Assembly (NCBI GenBank): GCA_964395115.1
Contig: CAYMZX010000006.1
Location: 26,041-90,040, forward strand
Origin: an uncultured Gammaproteobacteria bacterium
GTDB lineage: Bacteria > Patescibacteriota > Microgenomatia > UBA8517
DNA length: 64,000 nucleotides
Reading direction: 5' to 3'
Part shown: positions 1 through 11,446 of the stretch, piece by piece
Position numbering within the stretch: position 1 is the stretch's first letter
How the letters are laid out: each line of letters opens with the position of its first letter
Notes under the pieces: model-generated
What the model was told of the DNA's origin: nothing
The model's database searches: none
Seen by the model: only the letters and a program-made list of their open reading frames with translations
Program-made: the position numbers and the translations under genes

Positions 1-1647
1 GCCGATGCCATTGAACATGCCTCCAGCGAAATAAAGGACCTGTGGGATGATGGCAAGCTCAAAGAGGTACCGGGAATTGGAGAGTCAATATCCTCGCACT
101 TAGACGAACTTTTCAGAACAGGAAAATCGCGGCATTTTGAAGAGGTGATGAAAGGTTTACCAAAGGAAATGTTTAGACTGATGGAGATACCGGGTATTGG
201 GGCAAAAACAGCCTTTAAGCTGGTTACGAAACTAGGGATAAAAAACATTTCTGATTTGGAAAAAGCGGCAAAAGAAGGAAAAATTGCCTTATTGGAAGGA
301 TTTGGTGAACAATCGCAGAGGGATATTTTAAAATCTATTGAAGAAAGTAGGCAGCGGGCTAAAAGACATTTACTTCCTTACGCACAAACGATCGCCACCC
401 AGATAATCGCTTGGCTGTCAAAAAGTAAATTTGTAGAAAGAGCCGATCCTTTAGGAAGCCTTCGACGCCAAGCAGCGACGGTGGGTGATATTGACATTGC
501 AGTAGCCTCAAATTTCCCCCAAAAAGTAATCGAACATTTTATTCACTATCCTAGAAAAACAAGAATTTTAGAAAAGGGCGACCGAACGGCTTCTATTATT
601 CTGTCCGGGGACGTTCAAGTTGATCTAATGGTTCAAGTGCCAGAGGGTTATGGAGCTCTATTGCAGCATTTTACAGGTTCTAAACATCACAATATTGCTT
701 TGCGAGAATATGCACAAAAGCATGGACTAAGTTTGTCCGAATATGGAATTAAAGAAAATGGCATCTTGCAGAAGTTTTCCAACGAAGAAAGTTTTTATCA
801 AAAACTTAAGATGGAATGGATACCGCCGGAGTTAAGAGAAGATACAGGGGAAATCGAGGCAGCCCTCAAACACAATTTACCGAAACTAGTCGAAGAGAAA
901 GAAATCAAAGGGGATTTACAAATTCATTCCAGCTATGACATCGAAACGAGCCATGACATCGGTCAATCCTCAATGGAAGAAATAATTTTTGAAGCCGACA
1001 AACGAAGGTATGAATATATTGCCTTTACCGAACATAACCCCAGTAAAACAGGGCATACCGAGGAGCAAATATTAGATATTCTCAAACGGAAAAAAGAAAC
1101 AGTTGATGAATTAAATTACTCGATTGTGAAAAGGCAATGTAAAAGTATAAATAAAGTGTTCAATAGCCTTGAAATTGATATCTCGCCTGATGGACGACTG
1201 GCGATACCAGAAAAAGGTCTTGAATTATTAGATTTCGCCCTTGTTTCCATTCACTCTAGTTTTAGGCAAAATCGTGATCAAATGACGCAGCGTATCCTTT
1301 CCGCACTAAGTTATCCAAAAGTAAAAATACTTGCCCACCCCACCGCCCGAAAAATAAACGAGCGCGAAGGGGTTGAAATAAACTGGCCAGAGATTTTCCA
1401 ATGTTGTAGGAAAAATAATATATTTTTAGAAATTAATGCCGATCCATCAAGACTAGATCTGCCAGATCTTATTGTTCGCGAAGCAGTTAAGGAAGGAGTG
1501 ACCTTATCATTAGGTACGGATGCTCATCACAAAGATGGACTAAAAAATATGAAATATGGGTTAGCGGTGGCGAGACGGGGGTGGGCGACCAAAAAAGATA
1601 TTTTAAATACAAGAAGTTTGACTGAAATAGAAAAAATGCTACATTAA
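1..1647 (+). CDS. polX: DNA polymerase X / PHP-domain fusion, 5'-truncated by the window edge
   Basis: Frame is open from base 1 (ADAIEH...EVPGIG). HhH motifs, GSLRR...GDIDI nucleotidyltransferase motif, HFTGSK, C-terminal PHP domain (GTDAH). Confidence 0.93.
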   Translation, partial: ADAIEHASSEIKDLWDDGKLKEVPGIGESISSHLDELFRTGKSRHFEEVMKGLPKEMFRLMEIPGIGAKTAFKLVTKLGIKNISDLEKAAKEGKIALLEGFGEQSQRDILKSIEESRQRAKRHLLPYAQTIATQIIAWLSKSKFVERADPLGSLRRQAATVGDIDIAVASNFPQKVIEHFIHYPRKTRILEKGDRTASIILSGDVQVDLMVQVPEGYGALLQHFTGSKHHNIALREYAQKHGLSLSEYGIKENGILQKFSNEESFYQKLKMEWIPPELREDTGEIEAALKHNLPKLVEEKEIKGDLQIHSSYDIETSHDIGQSSMEEIIFEADKRRYEYIAFTEHNPSKTGHTEEQILDILKRKKETVDELNYSIVKRQCKSINKVFNSLEIDISPDGRLAIPEKGLELLDFALVSIHSSFRQNRDQMTQRILSALSYPKVKILAHPTARKINEREGVEINWPEIFQCCRKNNIFLEINADPSRLDLPDLIVREAVKEGVTLSLGTDAHHKDGLKNMKYGLAVARRGWATKKDILNTRSLTEIEKMLH

Positions 1648-1668
1648 TGACTGAAAGGAGGTGAAAAT

Positions 1669-2259
1669 ATGCAATTTATAATATTAATTATTATTTTAGG
1701 GGCACTAATGATTTGGGTAATAGTAACCTATAACTTTTATGTTTCCAGCAAAGCAAGAATTAAGGCCTCTATTCAAGAGATTGGAAACCAGCTTAAGAGA
1801 CAGGCTGAACTGATTCCTAATTTAGTCGAATCTACCAAAGGGTATTTGACTCACGAAAAAGAAATTTTTGCCAAACTAAGTGAGGCTAGAAAAGCGATTG
1901 TTTCGGCAATTAAATCGGGGGCTGTACAGGAGATGTCAGATGCGGGAGCCAAACTAGCAGCAGTTTTACCGTCAATAAAAGTGGCGGTTGAAGATAACCC
2001 GGAAATTAAAGGATCCGAGATAGTATCCAAATTGATGGATGAACTTAGAGACACATCTGATAAAGTAATGTATTCCCGCCGGCTTGTCATCGATCTAACG
2101 GCGGATTACAATGTGCGACGTGTTAGTTTTCCATCGAATATCGTGGCAAAAATATTCCGATTTGAAGAACTGCCGGGAATTATTACTGCTCAAGAAGGAG
2201 AGCATCTTACCGTTTCGGAGGAAGAGTCAAAACCACAAAAAATAAAATTATATAAATAA
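1669..2259 (+). CDS. lemA: LemA family protein
   Basis: N-terminal TM helix, QLKRQAELIPNLV motif, FPSNIVA; strong SD (AAGGAGG); adjacent to htpX. Confidence 0.9.
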   Translation: MQFIILIIILGALMIWVIVTYNFYVSSKARIKASIQEIGNQLKRQAELIPNLVESTKGYLTHEKEIFAKLSEARKAIVSAIKSGAVQEMSDAGAKLAAVLPSIKVAVEDNPEIKGSEIVSKLMDELRDTSDKVMYSRRLVIDLTADYNVRRVSFPSNIVAKIFRFEELPGIITAQEGEHLTVSEEESKPQKIKLYK

Positions 2260-3185
2260 TGCTTAACGTTTACGAAGCTACACAGAAGAATAAGCTTAAA
2301 AGTAGTCTTATTGTGGCTGGGTTTATATGTTTCGTTTCCGTGGCGATCTACGTCTTATTAGAGGCTTTTAATTACTATTTGGGATACGAAGCTGGTCCTT
2401 TGGGCCTTTTCGGTCTGGCCCTTGTGATTTCCGGTTTTATGGCTTATCTTGCCTATTATTTCAGTGACCAGATTGTTCTTTCTATTTCAAGCGCTCGACC
2501 AGCGGACCGAAAGAAAGATTTCCTTTTTTACACCGTGGTCGAAAATTTGGCCATAGGGACTGGTCTTCCAAAACCCCGTCTCTTCGTCATTGATGATTCT
2601 GCTCCAAATGCATTTGCCGCCGGCCGTGATCCCGAACACGCCGTCATTTGCGTCACCAGAGGGCTATTAGACAAGTTGTCCCGTACCGAGTTAGAAGGAG
2701 TAATCGCTCACGAGTTTAGTCATATTAGAAACTATGACGCTAGACTGGCAACATTGGTGGCAGTAATGGTTGGGATTGTTGCTCTTCTTGGAGACTGGTT
2801 TTTAAGAAGTGCTTGGGGGGGAACTTCGCGAAGCAATGAAAAGGATAGAGGCGAACGGTTAATAGTTATTTTCGGGCTTGTTTTCGCCATTCTTTCTCCA
2901 CTAATCGCTCGGCTTATTCAGCTGGCCATTTCTCGCCGTCGCGAATTTCTTGCCGATATAGGAAGCGTAGAAATGACAAGACAACCTCAAGCTCTTATTT
3001 CCGCTCTGGAGAAGATTTCCAAAGATATGAACCCTCTCGAATCCGCAAACAAAGCAACCGCTCACTTGTACATAGTTAACCCATTTAAAGAAAAAGGCCA
3101 TGGGGTAGTTAACTGGTTTTCCGGCCTTTTTAACACCCATCCCCCAATTACTGAACGTATTAAAGTTCTTAAACAAATGATGTAA
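2259..3185 (+). CDS. htpX: M48 zinc metalloprotease HtpX
   Basis: PNAFA, HEFSH (HExxH), SRRREFLAD and THPP motifs. Confidence 0.92.
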   Translation: MLNVYEATQKNKLKSSLIVAGFICFVSVAIYVLLEAFNYYLGYEAGPLGLFGLALVISGFMAYLAYYFSDQIVLSISSARPADRKKDFLFYTVVENLAIGTGLPKPRLFVIDDSAPNAFAAGRDPEHAVICVTRGLLDKLSRTELEGVIAHEFSHIRNYDARLATLVAVMVGIVALLGDWFLRSAWGGTSRSNEKDRGERLIVIFGLVFAILSPLIARLIQLAISRRREFLADIGSVEMTRQPQALISALEKISKDMNPLESANKATAHLYIVNPFKEKGHGVVNWFSGLFNTHPPITERIKVLKQMM

Positions 3186-3195
3186 GATTAGGACG

Positions 3196-3510
3196 ATGGG
3201 AAAGTTAGCGGGGATAGAAATTCAATATCTTGGCAGATTAGCTAACCTTCATCTTTCGTCAGCTGAAAAGAAAATATTGGGCCACCAACTTTCGGAGGTC
3301 TTGGCTTTCGTTGGAAAACTGGCAAAAATTAACACCCGAAATATTGAACCAACAAGTCAGACAACTGGTCTTAGTAATCGGCTGAGAAATGATATAAAGA
3401 AGGCAGATTATACGCTAACAACAGAGGAGGCATTATCTGGAACGAACAAAGTTTATAATAATTTCTTTGTTGTCCGCTCTATATTAAGCAAAAGGTCTCA
3501 TAACAAATAA
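3196..3510 (+). CDS. gatC: Asp/Glu-tRNA amidotransferase subunit C
   Basis: Size, LANL...LRND pattern, directly upstream of gatA. Confidence 0.85.
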   Translation: MGKLAGIEIQYLGRLANLHLSSAEKKILGHQLSEVLAFVGKLAKINTRNIEPTSQTTGLSNRLRNDIKKADYTLTTEEALSGTNKVYNNFFVVRSILSKRSHNK

Positions 3511-4919
3511 TGAAAACGGCGCCCCTGACTATAAAGGAAACACAAGATGGTCTATTAAAAGGTCGCTTTTCAGCCGTCGATTTAGTAAATTTTTATTTAA
3601 CGCGAATCCAGAAGTTCGACAAAAAGATAAATGCCTACTTAACTGTTTCCGAGGAGATAGCTTTTAAACAAGCAAAAAATGTCGATAAACAAATTGAAAA
3701 TTTCAGAGAGAAAGCCATTGAGGAAAAGCCTCTGTTGGGAGTAGTCGTTAGCCATAAGGATTTATTTTTAACTAAAGGGGTAAGAACAACCGCAGGTTCC
3801 AAGGTTCTTGAGAGTTACATACCCCCATATTCAGCTACAGTTGTTCAGAAGCTGGAAAAAGCTGGTTGCATAATGCTTGGAAAATTAAATTGTGACGCTT
3901 GGGCTCACGGATCCTCTGGGGAAAATTCCGATTTTGGACCGACAAAAAATCCATGGAACCCAAAATATGTACCCGGAGGATCTTCGAGTGGATCCGGAGC
4001 GTCTATGGCGGCGAACTTTACTTTAATAGCAACCGGTACTGATACTTGCGGCTCTGTTCGATTGCCAGCCAATTATTGCGGCCTGTACGGTCTAAAGCCG
4101 ACCTATGGTACTGTTTCAAGATATGGGGTTGTAGCAATGGCGTCGTCTCTAGATTCAATTGGACACTATGGACGATGCGTTGACGACATCCGAAAAGTTT
4201 TCAATGTTACAAAGGGGGAGGATGGGAGAGATTCAACGGTGATAGATGGCGATTACATCAATATTTCCCCGAGACCCAAATTGGGAATTCCCAAGGAATT
4301 TTTTAAAAGCGGTCTGGATGAGGAAGTAGAAAAAACAGTTATGGAAGCAGTAAAAGTTTTTAAAAAAATAGGCTTCGAAATTAAAGAGGTTTCGCTTCCA
4401 AAAAGCGACTACGCGATTGCTGTTTACTACATCATCCAGCCGGCGGAGGTTTCATCTAATTTAGGACGATACGACGGAATAAGGTATGGCAATGGACGTG
4501 ATAATTTTGGCCCTGAGGCCCGGCGAAGGATAATGCTTGGAACCTATGTACTTTCGGCAGGATATTACGATGCATATTATCTCAAAGCGATGAAAGTTCG
4601 ATCTTTGATAATCAAAGAAGTATCAAAAGTTTTTGAAGCAGTAGATGCTCTGATCGCACCAGTGGCGCCAACGCCCCCTTTTGCTTTGGGGGAAAAAATT
4701 AATGACCCTCTTCAAATGTATTTGACTGACATTTTTGCGGCGACGGCGAATCTTTCGGGAATAGCGAGTTTAGCCGTGCCATTCAAATTTTCTTCAAAAG
4801 GGCTTCCTCTCGGTTTCCAACTAATGGGCCCAAGGTTTTCCGAGTATTCTTTATTTGAAATGGCAAGCGCCTTTGAAAAAGAAACTGGGTACACGCCAAG
4901 AGTAGTTGAAAATATTTAA
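3510..4919 (+). CDS. gatA: Asp/Glu-tRNA amidotransferase subunit A
   Basis: Amidase signature GGSSSGS and GTDTCGSVRLPA; RRIMLGTYVLSAGYYDAYY. Confidence 0.96.
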   Translation: MKTAPLTIKETQDGLLKGRFSAVDLVNFYLTRIQKFDKKINAYLTVSEEIAFKQAKNVDKQIENFREKAIEEKPLLGVVVSHKDLFLTKGVRTTAGSKVLESYIPPYSATVVQKLEKAGCIMLGKLNCDAWAHGSSGENSDFGPTKNPWNPKYVPGGSSSGSGASMAANFTLIATGTDTCGSVRLPANYCGLYGLKPTYGTVSRYGVVAMASSLDSIGHYGRCVDDIRKVFNVTKGEDGRDSTVIDGDYINISPRPKLGIPKEFFKSGLDEEVEKTVMEAVKVFKKIGFEIKEVSLPKSDYAIAVYYIIQPAEVSSNLGRYDGIRYGNGRDNFGPEARRRIMLGTYVLSAGYYDAYYLKAMKVRSLIIKEVSKVFEAVDALIAPVAPTPPFALGEKINDPLQMYLTDIFAATANLSGIASLAVPFKFSSKGLPLGFQLMGPRFSEYSLFEMASAFEKETGYTPRVVENI

Positions 4920-4922
4920 ACT

Positions 4923-6194
4923 ATGCTACTGGAATATAAGTCTTTAATTAGAAATACAAATTTTTTGTGTGTCTGGGCATCACAACTTCTTTCCCAGTTA
5001 ACGATAAATATTATGAACTTTTTATTGTTAGTTAGACTTTTCGCCATTACCGGTTCGGCGATAGCCACATCTCTGCTATGGGTGGCTTATGCACTTCCGG
5101 CAATACTAATTGGTCCGTTTGCCGCCGCCACCGTAGACTTAATTGACAGACGAAAAATGCTAATGGTTACCAATCTGCTGCAGGCATCGGTCGTATTAAG
5201 TTACGCCCTTGTTCACGAAACAAAGTTTTTTCTTCTTTATGGAGTAGCGTTTTGCTACTCGTTTCTAAACCAGTTTTATCTGCCAGCCGAATCAGCAACA
5301 TTGCCTTCTGTTGTAGAAAAAAATTTTTTACCGTATGCGAACGGACTATTTTTTATTACCCAGCAAGGAGCCTTGATAATTGGATTCGGGATAGCCGGAA
5401 TTCTTAACCAATTTTTTGGTTATTCGAATTCCCTTTTTCTAGCCGCGGCACTACTTTTTTTGGCGTTTATCGCGGTGAGCTTTTTACCGCCGCTGAAAAT
5501 TGAAAGGGAATTACCCCATACCTATCAGGAGGCGGTAGAACATTTCTTTACCACTATTGTCCAAGGGTATCAATTTATCAAAGAAAATAAGGTAGTTTTA
5601 GCGCCCTTTTTGCTATTGCTCGCTTTACAAGTTGTTTTGGCGATGGTCGCGGTAAATATTCCCATTTTGGCTACCGAACTTTTTCAAATCAGCCCGAATT
5701 CTGCCGGAGTCCTCATAATTGTCCCCGCCGGAATAGGGGCTATTGCTGGGGCGATATTTATACCAAGAATATTACGAGGAGAAGTTAGAAAAAAAACGAT
5801 TATCGATTACGGACTGATGGCGCTAGGTTTTCTTCTTTTGGGCCTCGGCTTTTTAGTTCCTGAGTTAAATGAACCCCTACGAATGATCGTCGGCTTTATT
5901 TTAATAATTTTTACTGGTTTGGCGTTTGTTTCCCTACTTATTCCGGCGCAAACATTTCTTCAAGAAAAAACCCCCGGTGGCCTAAGGGGGCGTGTTTTTG
6001 GAAACTTTTGGTTTCTAACGACAATTGCTACTTTGATGCCGGTGATTTTTTCGGGTGCCCTAACCGAATTGTTGGGCATACACTCTTTGCTGCTTCTATT
6101 ATCAGGACTTTCGTTATCTGCTCTGGTTGTTTCTAAAAGACAAGGGCAAAGATTTATAGAAAAAGTGGAGGAGATTGAAACAAAGCAGATATGA
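4923..6194 (+). CDS. MFS transporter
   Basis: About 12 hydrophobic segments; motif-A-like DLIDRRK; GRVFG. Confidence 0.85.
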   Translation: MLLEYKSLIRNTNFLCVWASQLLSQLTINIMNFLLLVRLFAITGSAIATSLLWVAYALPAILIGPFAAATVDLIDRRKMLMVTNLLQASVVLSYALVHETKFFLLYGVAFCYSFLNQFYLPAESATLPSVVEKNFLPYANGLFFITQQGALIIGFGIAGILNQFFGYSNSLFLAAALLFLAFIAVSFLPPLKIERELPHTYQEAVEHFFTTIVQGYQFIKENKVVLAPFLLLLALQVVLAMVAVNIPILATELFQISPNSAGVLIIVPAGIGAIAGAIFIPRILRGEVRKKTIIDYGLMALGFLLLGLGFLVPELNEPLRMIVGFILIIFTGLAFVSLLIPAQTFLQEKTPGGLRGRVFGNFWFLTTIATLMPVIFSGALTELLGIHSLLLLLSGLSLSALVVSKRQGQRFIEKVEEIETKQI

Positions 6195-7516
6195 GTGATC
6201 TTATACCTACTATTGGCTTAGAAGTTCATATTGAACTGGCGACAAAAACGAAAATGTTTTGTCCCTGCTCCGCCGACCACTTCGCTAAACCCCCAAACAG
6301 CCAAACATGCCCCATTTGTCTCGGATTACCCGGGGCTCTTCCTTTCGCTAATAGAACGGCGGTAATCTCAACTATCAGATTAGGACTGGCGTTTAATTGC
6401 CGAATTAACAAACTAGCCAAGTTTGATCGAAAACACTATTTTTACCCAGATTTGCCAAAATCTTATCAAATTAGCCAGTATGATCTACCTCTTTGTGAGT
6501 CAGGTTTTTGGGAAATTGATGGTAAAAAGATAAGAATTCGGAGAATACATCTGGAAGAAGACACCGGAAAACTTGTTCACCAAGTTGTCGAGGGGAAAAG
6601 GGTTACCTTAATTGATTTTAACCGTAGCGGAGTTCCATTGGTAGAACTTGTAACCGAACCGGATTTTGTGGATGTTTCCCAAGTGGCGACTTTTTTGAAA
6701 GAAATTCAGCTAACGGTCAGATATTTAGGGATATCGCAGGCCGATATGGAGAAGGGGTCAATGAGATTAGAAGCAAATGTCTCGCTTCACGAGCCCGAAA
6801 AAGGACTGGCTCCCTATAAAGTAGAGTTAAAGAATATAAATTCCTTTAGATTTTTAGAAAAAGCAATTAGAAGTGAAATTAAGAGGCAAGAAACAATAAT
6901 CAACAAAGGTGGAAAAGTAATTCAGGAAACAAGAGGGTACAACGAAATTTCGGGAGAAACTTTTTCTCAAAGGAGAAAGGAAGAGGTCCAAGATTACCGA
7001 TATTTTCCCGAGCCCGATATTCCGCCCTTAACTATTACAGATGAGGAGATTGAAAAATATAGAGCAACTATTCCGGAGCTACCTGAGCAGAAAAGAAAAC
7101 GGCTTAAGAAGGAATACGGAATCCAATCCCAGTATATAGAACTTCTGGTGGAAAATCTCCAACGGCTAGCTTATTTTGAAGAGGCAACGAAATTGGGAAA
7201 AAGATATGGTTTTTTACCGGAAACGATTGCTGACCTAATGTTAAATAAAGGACTTGATGTCGACTTTCCTGAACCAGCCGGTTTAATTAAGAAAATGGTC
7301 GAACTTTCACGCAGAGAGTTTGCACCACTAAAAGAGGTAAAAAGGGCGGTTGAAGCAGTCATAGAAGAAAACCCCAAACCGGTTCAGGACTATCGTTCTG
7401 GAAAATCAAAAGTTATCGATTACCTAATTGGAATGGTTCAAGCAAGATTAAAAAGCAGTGGAGACCCAAAAGTAATTGCTCAAGAGGTTTTGCTAAAATT
7501 ACAGAATAAAAAATAA
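6191..7516 (+). CDS. gatB: Asp/Glu-tRNA amidotransferase subunit B
   Basis: [30 protein letters not shown]. Confidence 0.97.
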   Translation: MSDLIPTIGLEVHIELATKTKMFCPCSADHFAKPPNSQTCPICLGLPGALPFANRTAVISTIRLGLAFNCRINKLAKFDRKHYFYPDLPKSYQISQYDLPLCESGFWEIDGKKIRIRRIHLEEDTGKLVHQVVEGKRVTLIDFNRSGVPLVELVTEPDFVDVSQVATFLKEIQLTVRYLGISQADMEKGSMRLEANVSLHEPEKGLAPYKVELKNINSFRFLEKAIRSEIKRQETIINKGGKVIQETRGYNEISGETFSQRRKEEVQDYRYFPEPDIPPLTITDEEIEKYRATIPELPEQKRKRLKKEYGIQSQYIELLVENLQRLAYFEEATKLGKRYGFLPETIADLMLNKGLDVDFPEPAGLIKKMVELSRREFAPLKEVKRAVEAVIEENPKPVQDYRSGKSKVIDYLIGMVQARLKSSGDPKVIAQEVLLKLQNKK

Positions 7517-7519
7517 GGC

Positions 7520-10500
7520 ATGGGAAAGAAATTCTATCATCTTCACGTACATACTGAATATTCTTTATTAGACGGCCTTTCTAAAATTAGCGCCTTAATA
7601 AGCCACATTAAAGAACAGGAGATGGATACTGTTGCCATCACCGACCACGGGGCTATGTATGGAGTGATTGAATTTTACAAAAAATGCATAAAAGAAGGCA
7701 TAAAGCCAATAATTGGGATGGAAGGTTATATTACCAATATAAACCATCGACAAAGACCGGAAAGGACGAAGGTTCAGAATTATCATCTTCTGTTACTAGC
7801 AAAAGACAAAGAAGGCTATCAAAATTTAATGAAGTTAACTTCAATAGCTCATTTGGAGGGCTATTACTACCGGCCTAGATTCGACCGAGATACCCTAGCC
7901 AAATATTCTAAGGGTTTAATTTGTACTTCGGCCTGCTTTCTTGGGGAGTTACCCCAGTGGCTTATTTCGGGTGATATTTCGGAAGCAAAAAAAATAGCCG
8001 CTTGGTATCAACAGGTTTTCGGTAAGGACTATTACCTAGAAGTGCAAAGACATCATTACGATAGTTTTATTCCCAAATCTGCAAACCCAGAACTAAAGAG
8101 AGAGCTTAAACTAATGGCGGAAAATGAGAAGGTAGCTATCAATGGAATAATAAAAATAAGTCGCGAATTGGGAATACCAATTGTTGCTACTAATGATGCT
8201 CATTATGTAAAAAAGGAAGATGCGATGGCGCAGGATTCTCTGGTGTGTATCGCTACAGGTAAAAACGTCAACGACATAAACCGCTTAAGGTTCATCGATT
8301 CTCCAACTTTCTATCTTAAGAGTAGCCAAGAAATGGGTCAACTTTTCCAAGACTTACCGGAGGCCATAAGTAACACAGTTGATATTGCAAAGAAATGTGA
8401 TGTGCACTTGACATTGGATAAGTGGTTTTTTCCGAAATACGAACTAACTAAAGGGGAAACCCCCGAAGAAGAGATCGAAATTGAAGCAAAACTTGGCCTT
8501 AAAAAAAAGTTTTCCAAACCGAGCAAGGAAATAAAAAAAAGGCTAAAATACGAATTAGATATTATAAAGACAAAGGGCTATTCAACATATTTTTTAATAA
8601 TTTCCGACGTTGCGAAATGGGCAGTAAAACAAGGAATAATTACGAACACGAGGGGAAGTGCCGCCGGCTCGCTAGTTTCCTATTTACTTGAAATTGTCAA
8701 TATTAACCCATTAGATTACGATTTGCCATTCGAAAGATTTTTAACTCCTTGGAGACCGTCACCACCGGATATTGACTTTGATATTGCGGATGACCGTCGG
8801 GAAGAAGTAATAAATTATATTGGCGAGAAGTACGGGCATAACAGAGTGGCTCAAATCTGTACTTTCGGGAGAATGCTGGCTCGAGCAGCGGTCAGAGACA
8901 CTGCACGAGTTCTGGGTTATCCGTATTCCATCGGCGATAGAATAGCAAAACTTATACCGTTTGGGTCTCAGGGATTTCCTATGAGTATCGCTAAAGCAAT
9001 GCAGATATCTCCCGATTTAAGAAACTTGTACGAGACAGACAGTGATTGCAAAAAAATTATTGACCTTGCCCAGCAAATTGAGGGAAATGCAAGACATATT
9101 TCCGTTCACGCCGCTGGTTTAGTCATTGCACCAGACGAAATTACGGAATATACCCCCGTTCAACTTGATCCGGAAGGAAAAAAGATAATTACTCAATATG
9201 ATATGGATGCCCTTGATCCGAATGTCTCACCTGGAGAAGCTGTCGGGCTATTAAAGTTTGATTTGTTAGGACTAAGAAATCTTTCAATTTTAGGGTCCGC
9301 TATTAAGATTGTAAAAGAAATAACCGGCAAGGAAATAAATATAAGGGAGATTCCTCTTAACGACAAAAAAACCTTTGAGATGTTATCGCGCGGTGATACT
9401 ATGGGTGTTTTTCAGCTATCAGGAAGCGGAATGACCCGATACTTGAAAGAACTTAAGCCGTCAAGGATCGAGGATTTAATGGCTATGGTTGCCTTATATC
9501 GACCTGGGCCAATGGCACAAATACCCGAATATATTGAACGGAAAAATAACCCTGCAAAAATTAAATATTTTGATCCCCGAATGAGAAGTTACTTAGCCAA
9601 ATCTTATGGACTATTAGTATATCAAGATGACGTTTTTGCAACCGCAATCAAAATTGCCGGTTACACTTGGGAAGAGGCGGACAAGTTTAGAAAGGCGGTT
9701 GGCAAAAAAATTCCTGCGGAAATGGAAAGACAAAGGCAAAAGTTTATTGATGGGGCCGTTAAGAACGGTATGGGTAGAGAGAAAGCTGAAGAGTTGTTCA
9801 AACTAATTGAGCCTTTTTCAGGCTATGGATTTAATAAGGCACATGCGGCATCGTATGGAATGTTAGCCTATCAAACGGCCTATATGAAGGCTAACTACCC
9901 AGTTGAATATATGACAGCCCTTTTGACTGCAGAATCGGGAGATACGGAAAAGATTTCGGCGGCGATTGGCGAATGTCGCCGAATGGGTTTGCAGATACTC
10001 CCTCCCGATATTAACGAAAGCGATGTTGGATTTAAAATAGTTTTTAAGAAAGGGTCATTAAATGACCGCGCAATCCGTTTTGGGTTTTCAGCGATAAAAA
10101 ATGTGGGCGACGCGGCAATAGAAGCAATTTTGGTTGCCAGGAAGAAAGGAAAATTTACCTCTTTTGCTGATTTTATCGCCCGCGTTGATCCGAGAAGAGT
10201 GAATAAAAAAGTATTAGAAAGTCTCATAAAAGTGGGCGCTCTTTCTGCTTTTGGGTCTCGAGCAGCCCTGTTATATTCGATTGATGACGTCAAAAATAAA
10301 GTGGGCCGTCCAAAAGCGGGGCCGGGACAACAAGACTTATTTGGATCAGATAAACAAATTGAAAAACCTACTAAAATAGAGGCGATAGTCCGCAACGATG
10401 TAAGCGAATTTTGCGACGAGGAGTTGCAGACACTTGAACGGCAATTGCTAGGATTTTCGTTATCAGCCAGGCCGCTGGGCGATATTATAGCCCCGATTGC

Positions 10501-11017
10501 TCATGAAGCAACCCATAAAATATACGAAATTTCACCCCACGAAAACATCGGCGAGTACGTAAGAATTGCGGCGGTAATTACCAACATTAGAATTGTAGTG
10601 ACAAAAACGTCAGGTTCTGAAATGGCTTTTGTAAGAGCTGAGGATGATACCGGAAGCGTAAATTTAGTTGTTTTTCCTAGACTTTTCCGCGAAACCAAAT
10701 CCTACTGGGTGGATTACAAGCCACTTTTAATCACAGGAAAAGTTGACGCCAAAGAGGACACCCCGACTATAATTGTGGAGGCCATAAAAACTCCCGAGGA
10801 AATAGAAAATAAGGAGAAAAATGTATATATCAAGATCCCGGAAAGTGTTTCAAAACAAAATTTACTAAAATTAAAGTCATTACTGTTGGAAAATCCGGGT
10901 GAAGCATCAGTTTCTCTGGTTTTTAATGGTAATAATAATGAAATAAAGTTGCCTTTCAAAATAACCTGGAACGATTCACTGGCCAGAAAAATATCAAAAA
11001 TCCTTGAAGGTGAATGA
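7520..11017 (+). CDS. dnaE: DNA polymerase III alpha subunit
   Basis: HLHVHTEYSLLDG PHP domain, RGSAAGS, PPDIDFD, KFDLLGL, FNKAH. Confidence 0.97.
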   Translation: MGKKFYHLHVHTEYSLLDGLSKISALISHIKEQEMDTVAITDHGAMYGVIEFYKKCIKEGIKPIIGMEGYITNINHRQRPERTKVQNYHLLLLAKDKEGYQNLMKLTSIAHLEGYYYRPRFDRDTLAKYSKGLICTSACFLGELPQWLISGDISEAKKIAAWYQQVFGKDYYLEVQRHHYDSFIPKSANPELKRELKLMAENEKVAINGIIKISRELGIPIVATNDAHYVKKEDAMAQDSLVCIATGKNVNDINRLRFIDSPTFYLKSSQEMGQLFQDLPEAISNTVDIAKKCDVHLTLDKWFFPKYELTKGETPEEEIEIEAKLGLKKKFSKPSKEIKKRLKYELDIIKTKGYSTYFLIISDVAKWAVKQGIITNTRGSAAGSLVSYLLEIVNINPLDYDLPFERFLTPWRPSPPDIDFDIADDRREEVINYIGEKYGHNRVAQICTFGRMLARAAVRDTARVLGYPYSIGDRIAKLIPFGSQGFPMSIAKAMQISPDLRNLYETDSDCKKIIDLAQQIEGNARHISVHAAGLVIAPDEITEYTPVQLDPEGKKIITQYDMDALDPNVSPGEAVGLLKFDLLGLRNLSILGSAIKIVKEITGKEINIREIPLNDKKTFEMLSRGDTMGVFQLSGSGMTRYLKELKPSRIEDLMAMVALYRPGPMAQIPEYIERKNNPAKIKYFDPRMRSYLAKSYGLLVYQDDVFATAIKIAGYTWEEADKFRKAVGKKIPAEMERQRQKFIDGAVKNGMGREKAEELFKLIEPFSGYGFNKAHAASYGMLAYQTAYMKANYPVEYMTALLTAESGDTEKISAAIGECRRMGLQILPPDINESDVGFKIVFKKGSLNDRAIRFGFSAIKNVGDAAIEAILVARKKGKFTSFADFIARVDPRRVNKKVLESLIKVGALSAFGSRAALLYSIDDVKNKVGRPKAGPGQQDLFGSDKQIEKPTKIEAIVRNDVSEFCDEELQTLERQLLGFSLSARPLGDIIAPIAHEATHKIYEISPHENIGEYVRIAAVITNIRIVVTKTSGSEMAFVRAEDDTGSVNLVVFPRLFRETKSYWVDYKPLLITGKVDAKEDTPTIIVEAIKTPEEIENKEKNVYIKIPESVSKQNLLKLKSLLLENPGEASVSLVFNGNNNEIKLPFKITWNDSLARKISKILEGE

Positions 11018-11041
11018 ACATAAGTAGTAGAATACTGGTCT

Positions 11042-11401
11042 ATGGGGTTAAAAATAATACATAAAGATACCGAGATTGGTGTCGGAGATACGATACGAGT
11101 TTTTCAAAAAATAAAAGAGGAGGGTAAAGACCGCGCCCAAAGCTTTGAAGGAATTCTCATCTCAATAAAAAATAAGGAAGAAGGAAAAACAATTACCGTC
11201 AGAAGAATTGGGGAAGGCAAAATCGGGATTGAAAGAATTTTCCCCCTGAAATCCCCCTTTCTTGAGAAAATTGAGGTTGTAAGAAAAGGAACAAGTGGAG
11301 TAAGACATGCAAAGCTATATTTCATTAGGAAAAAGTCTCCAAGGCAAGTGGCCGAAATTTACACGCGAACGGAAAACTCAAGAAAACTTTCTAAGCCTTA
11401 A
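11042..11401 (+). CDS. rplS: 50S ribosomal protein L19
   Basis: GDTIRV...QSFEG, GIERIFPL.SP, VRHAKLYFIR. Confidence 0.95.
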   Translation: MGLKIIHKDTEIGVGDTIRVFQKIKEEGKDRAQSFEGILISIKNKEEGKTITVRRIGEGKIGIERIFPLKSPFLEKIEVVRKGTSGVRHAKLYFIRKKSPRQVAEIYTRTENSRKLSKP

Positions 11402-11446
11402 AAAAGATGAAATCCAAAAAAAGATTAAAACCTTCGGTTTCGGCAG

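Noticed and set aside
4923-6194. MFS gene between gatA and gatB as a mobile insertion
   Set aside because: It is tightly coupled to both neighbours, with no flanking repeats or obvious compositional shift; ordinary operon shuffling.
7520-11017. Intein in DnaE
   Set aside because: Length is normal and no intein terminal motifs are visible.
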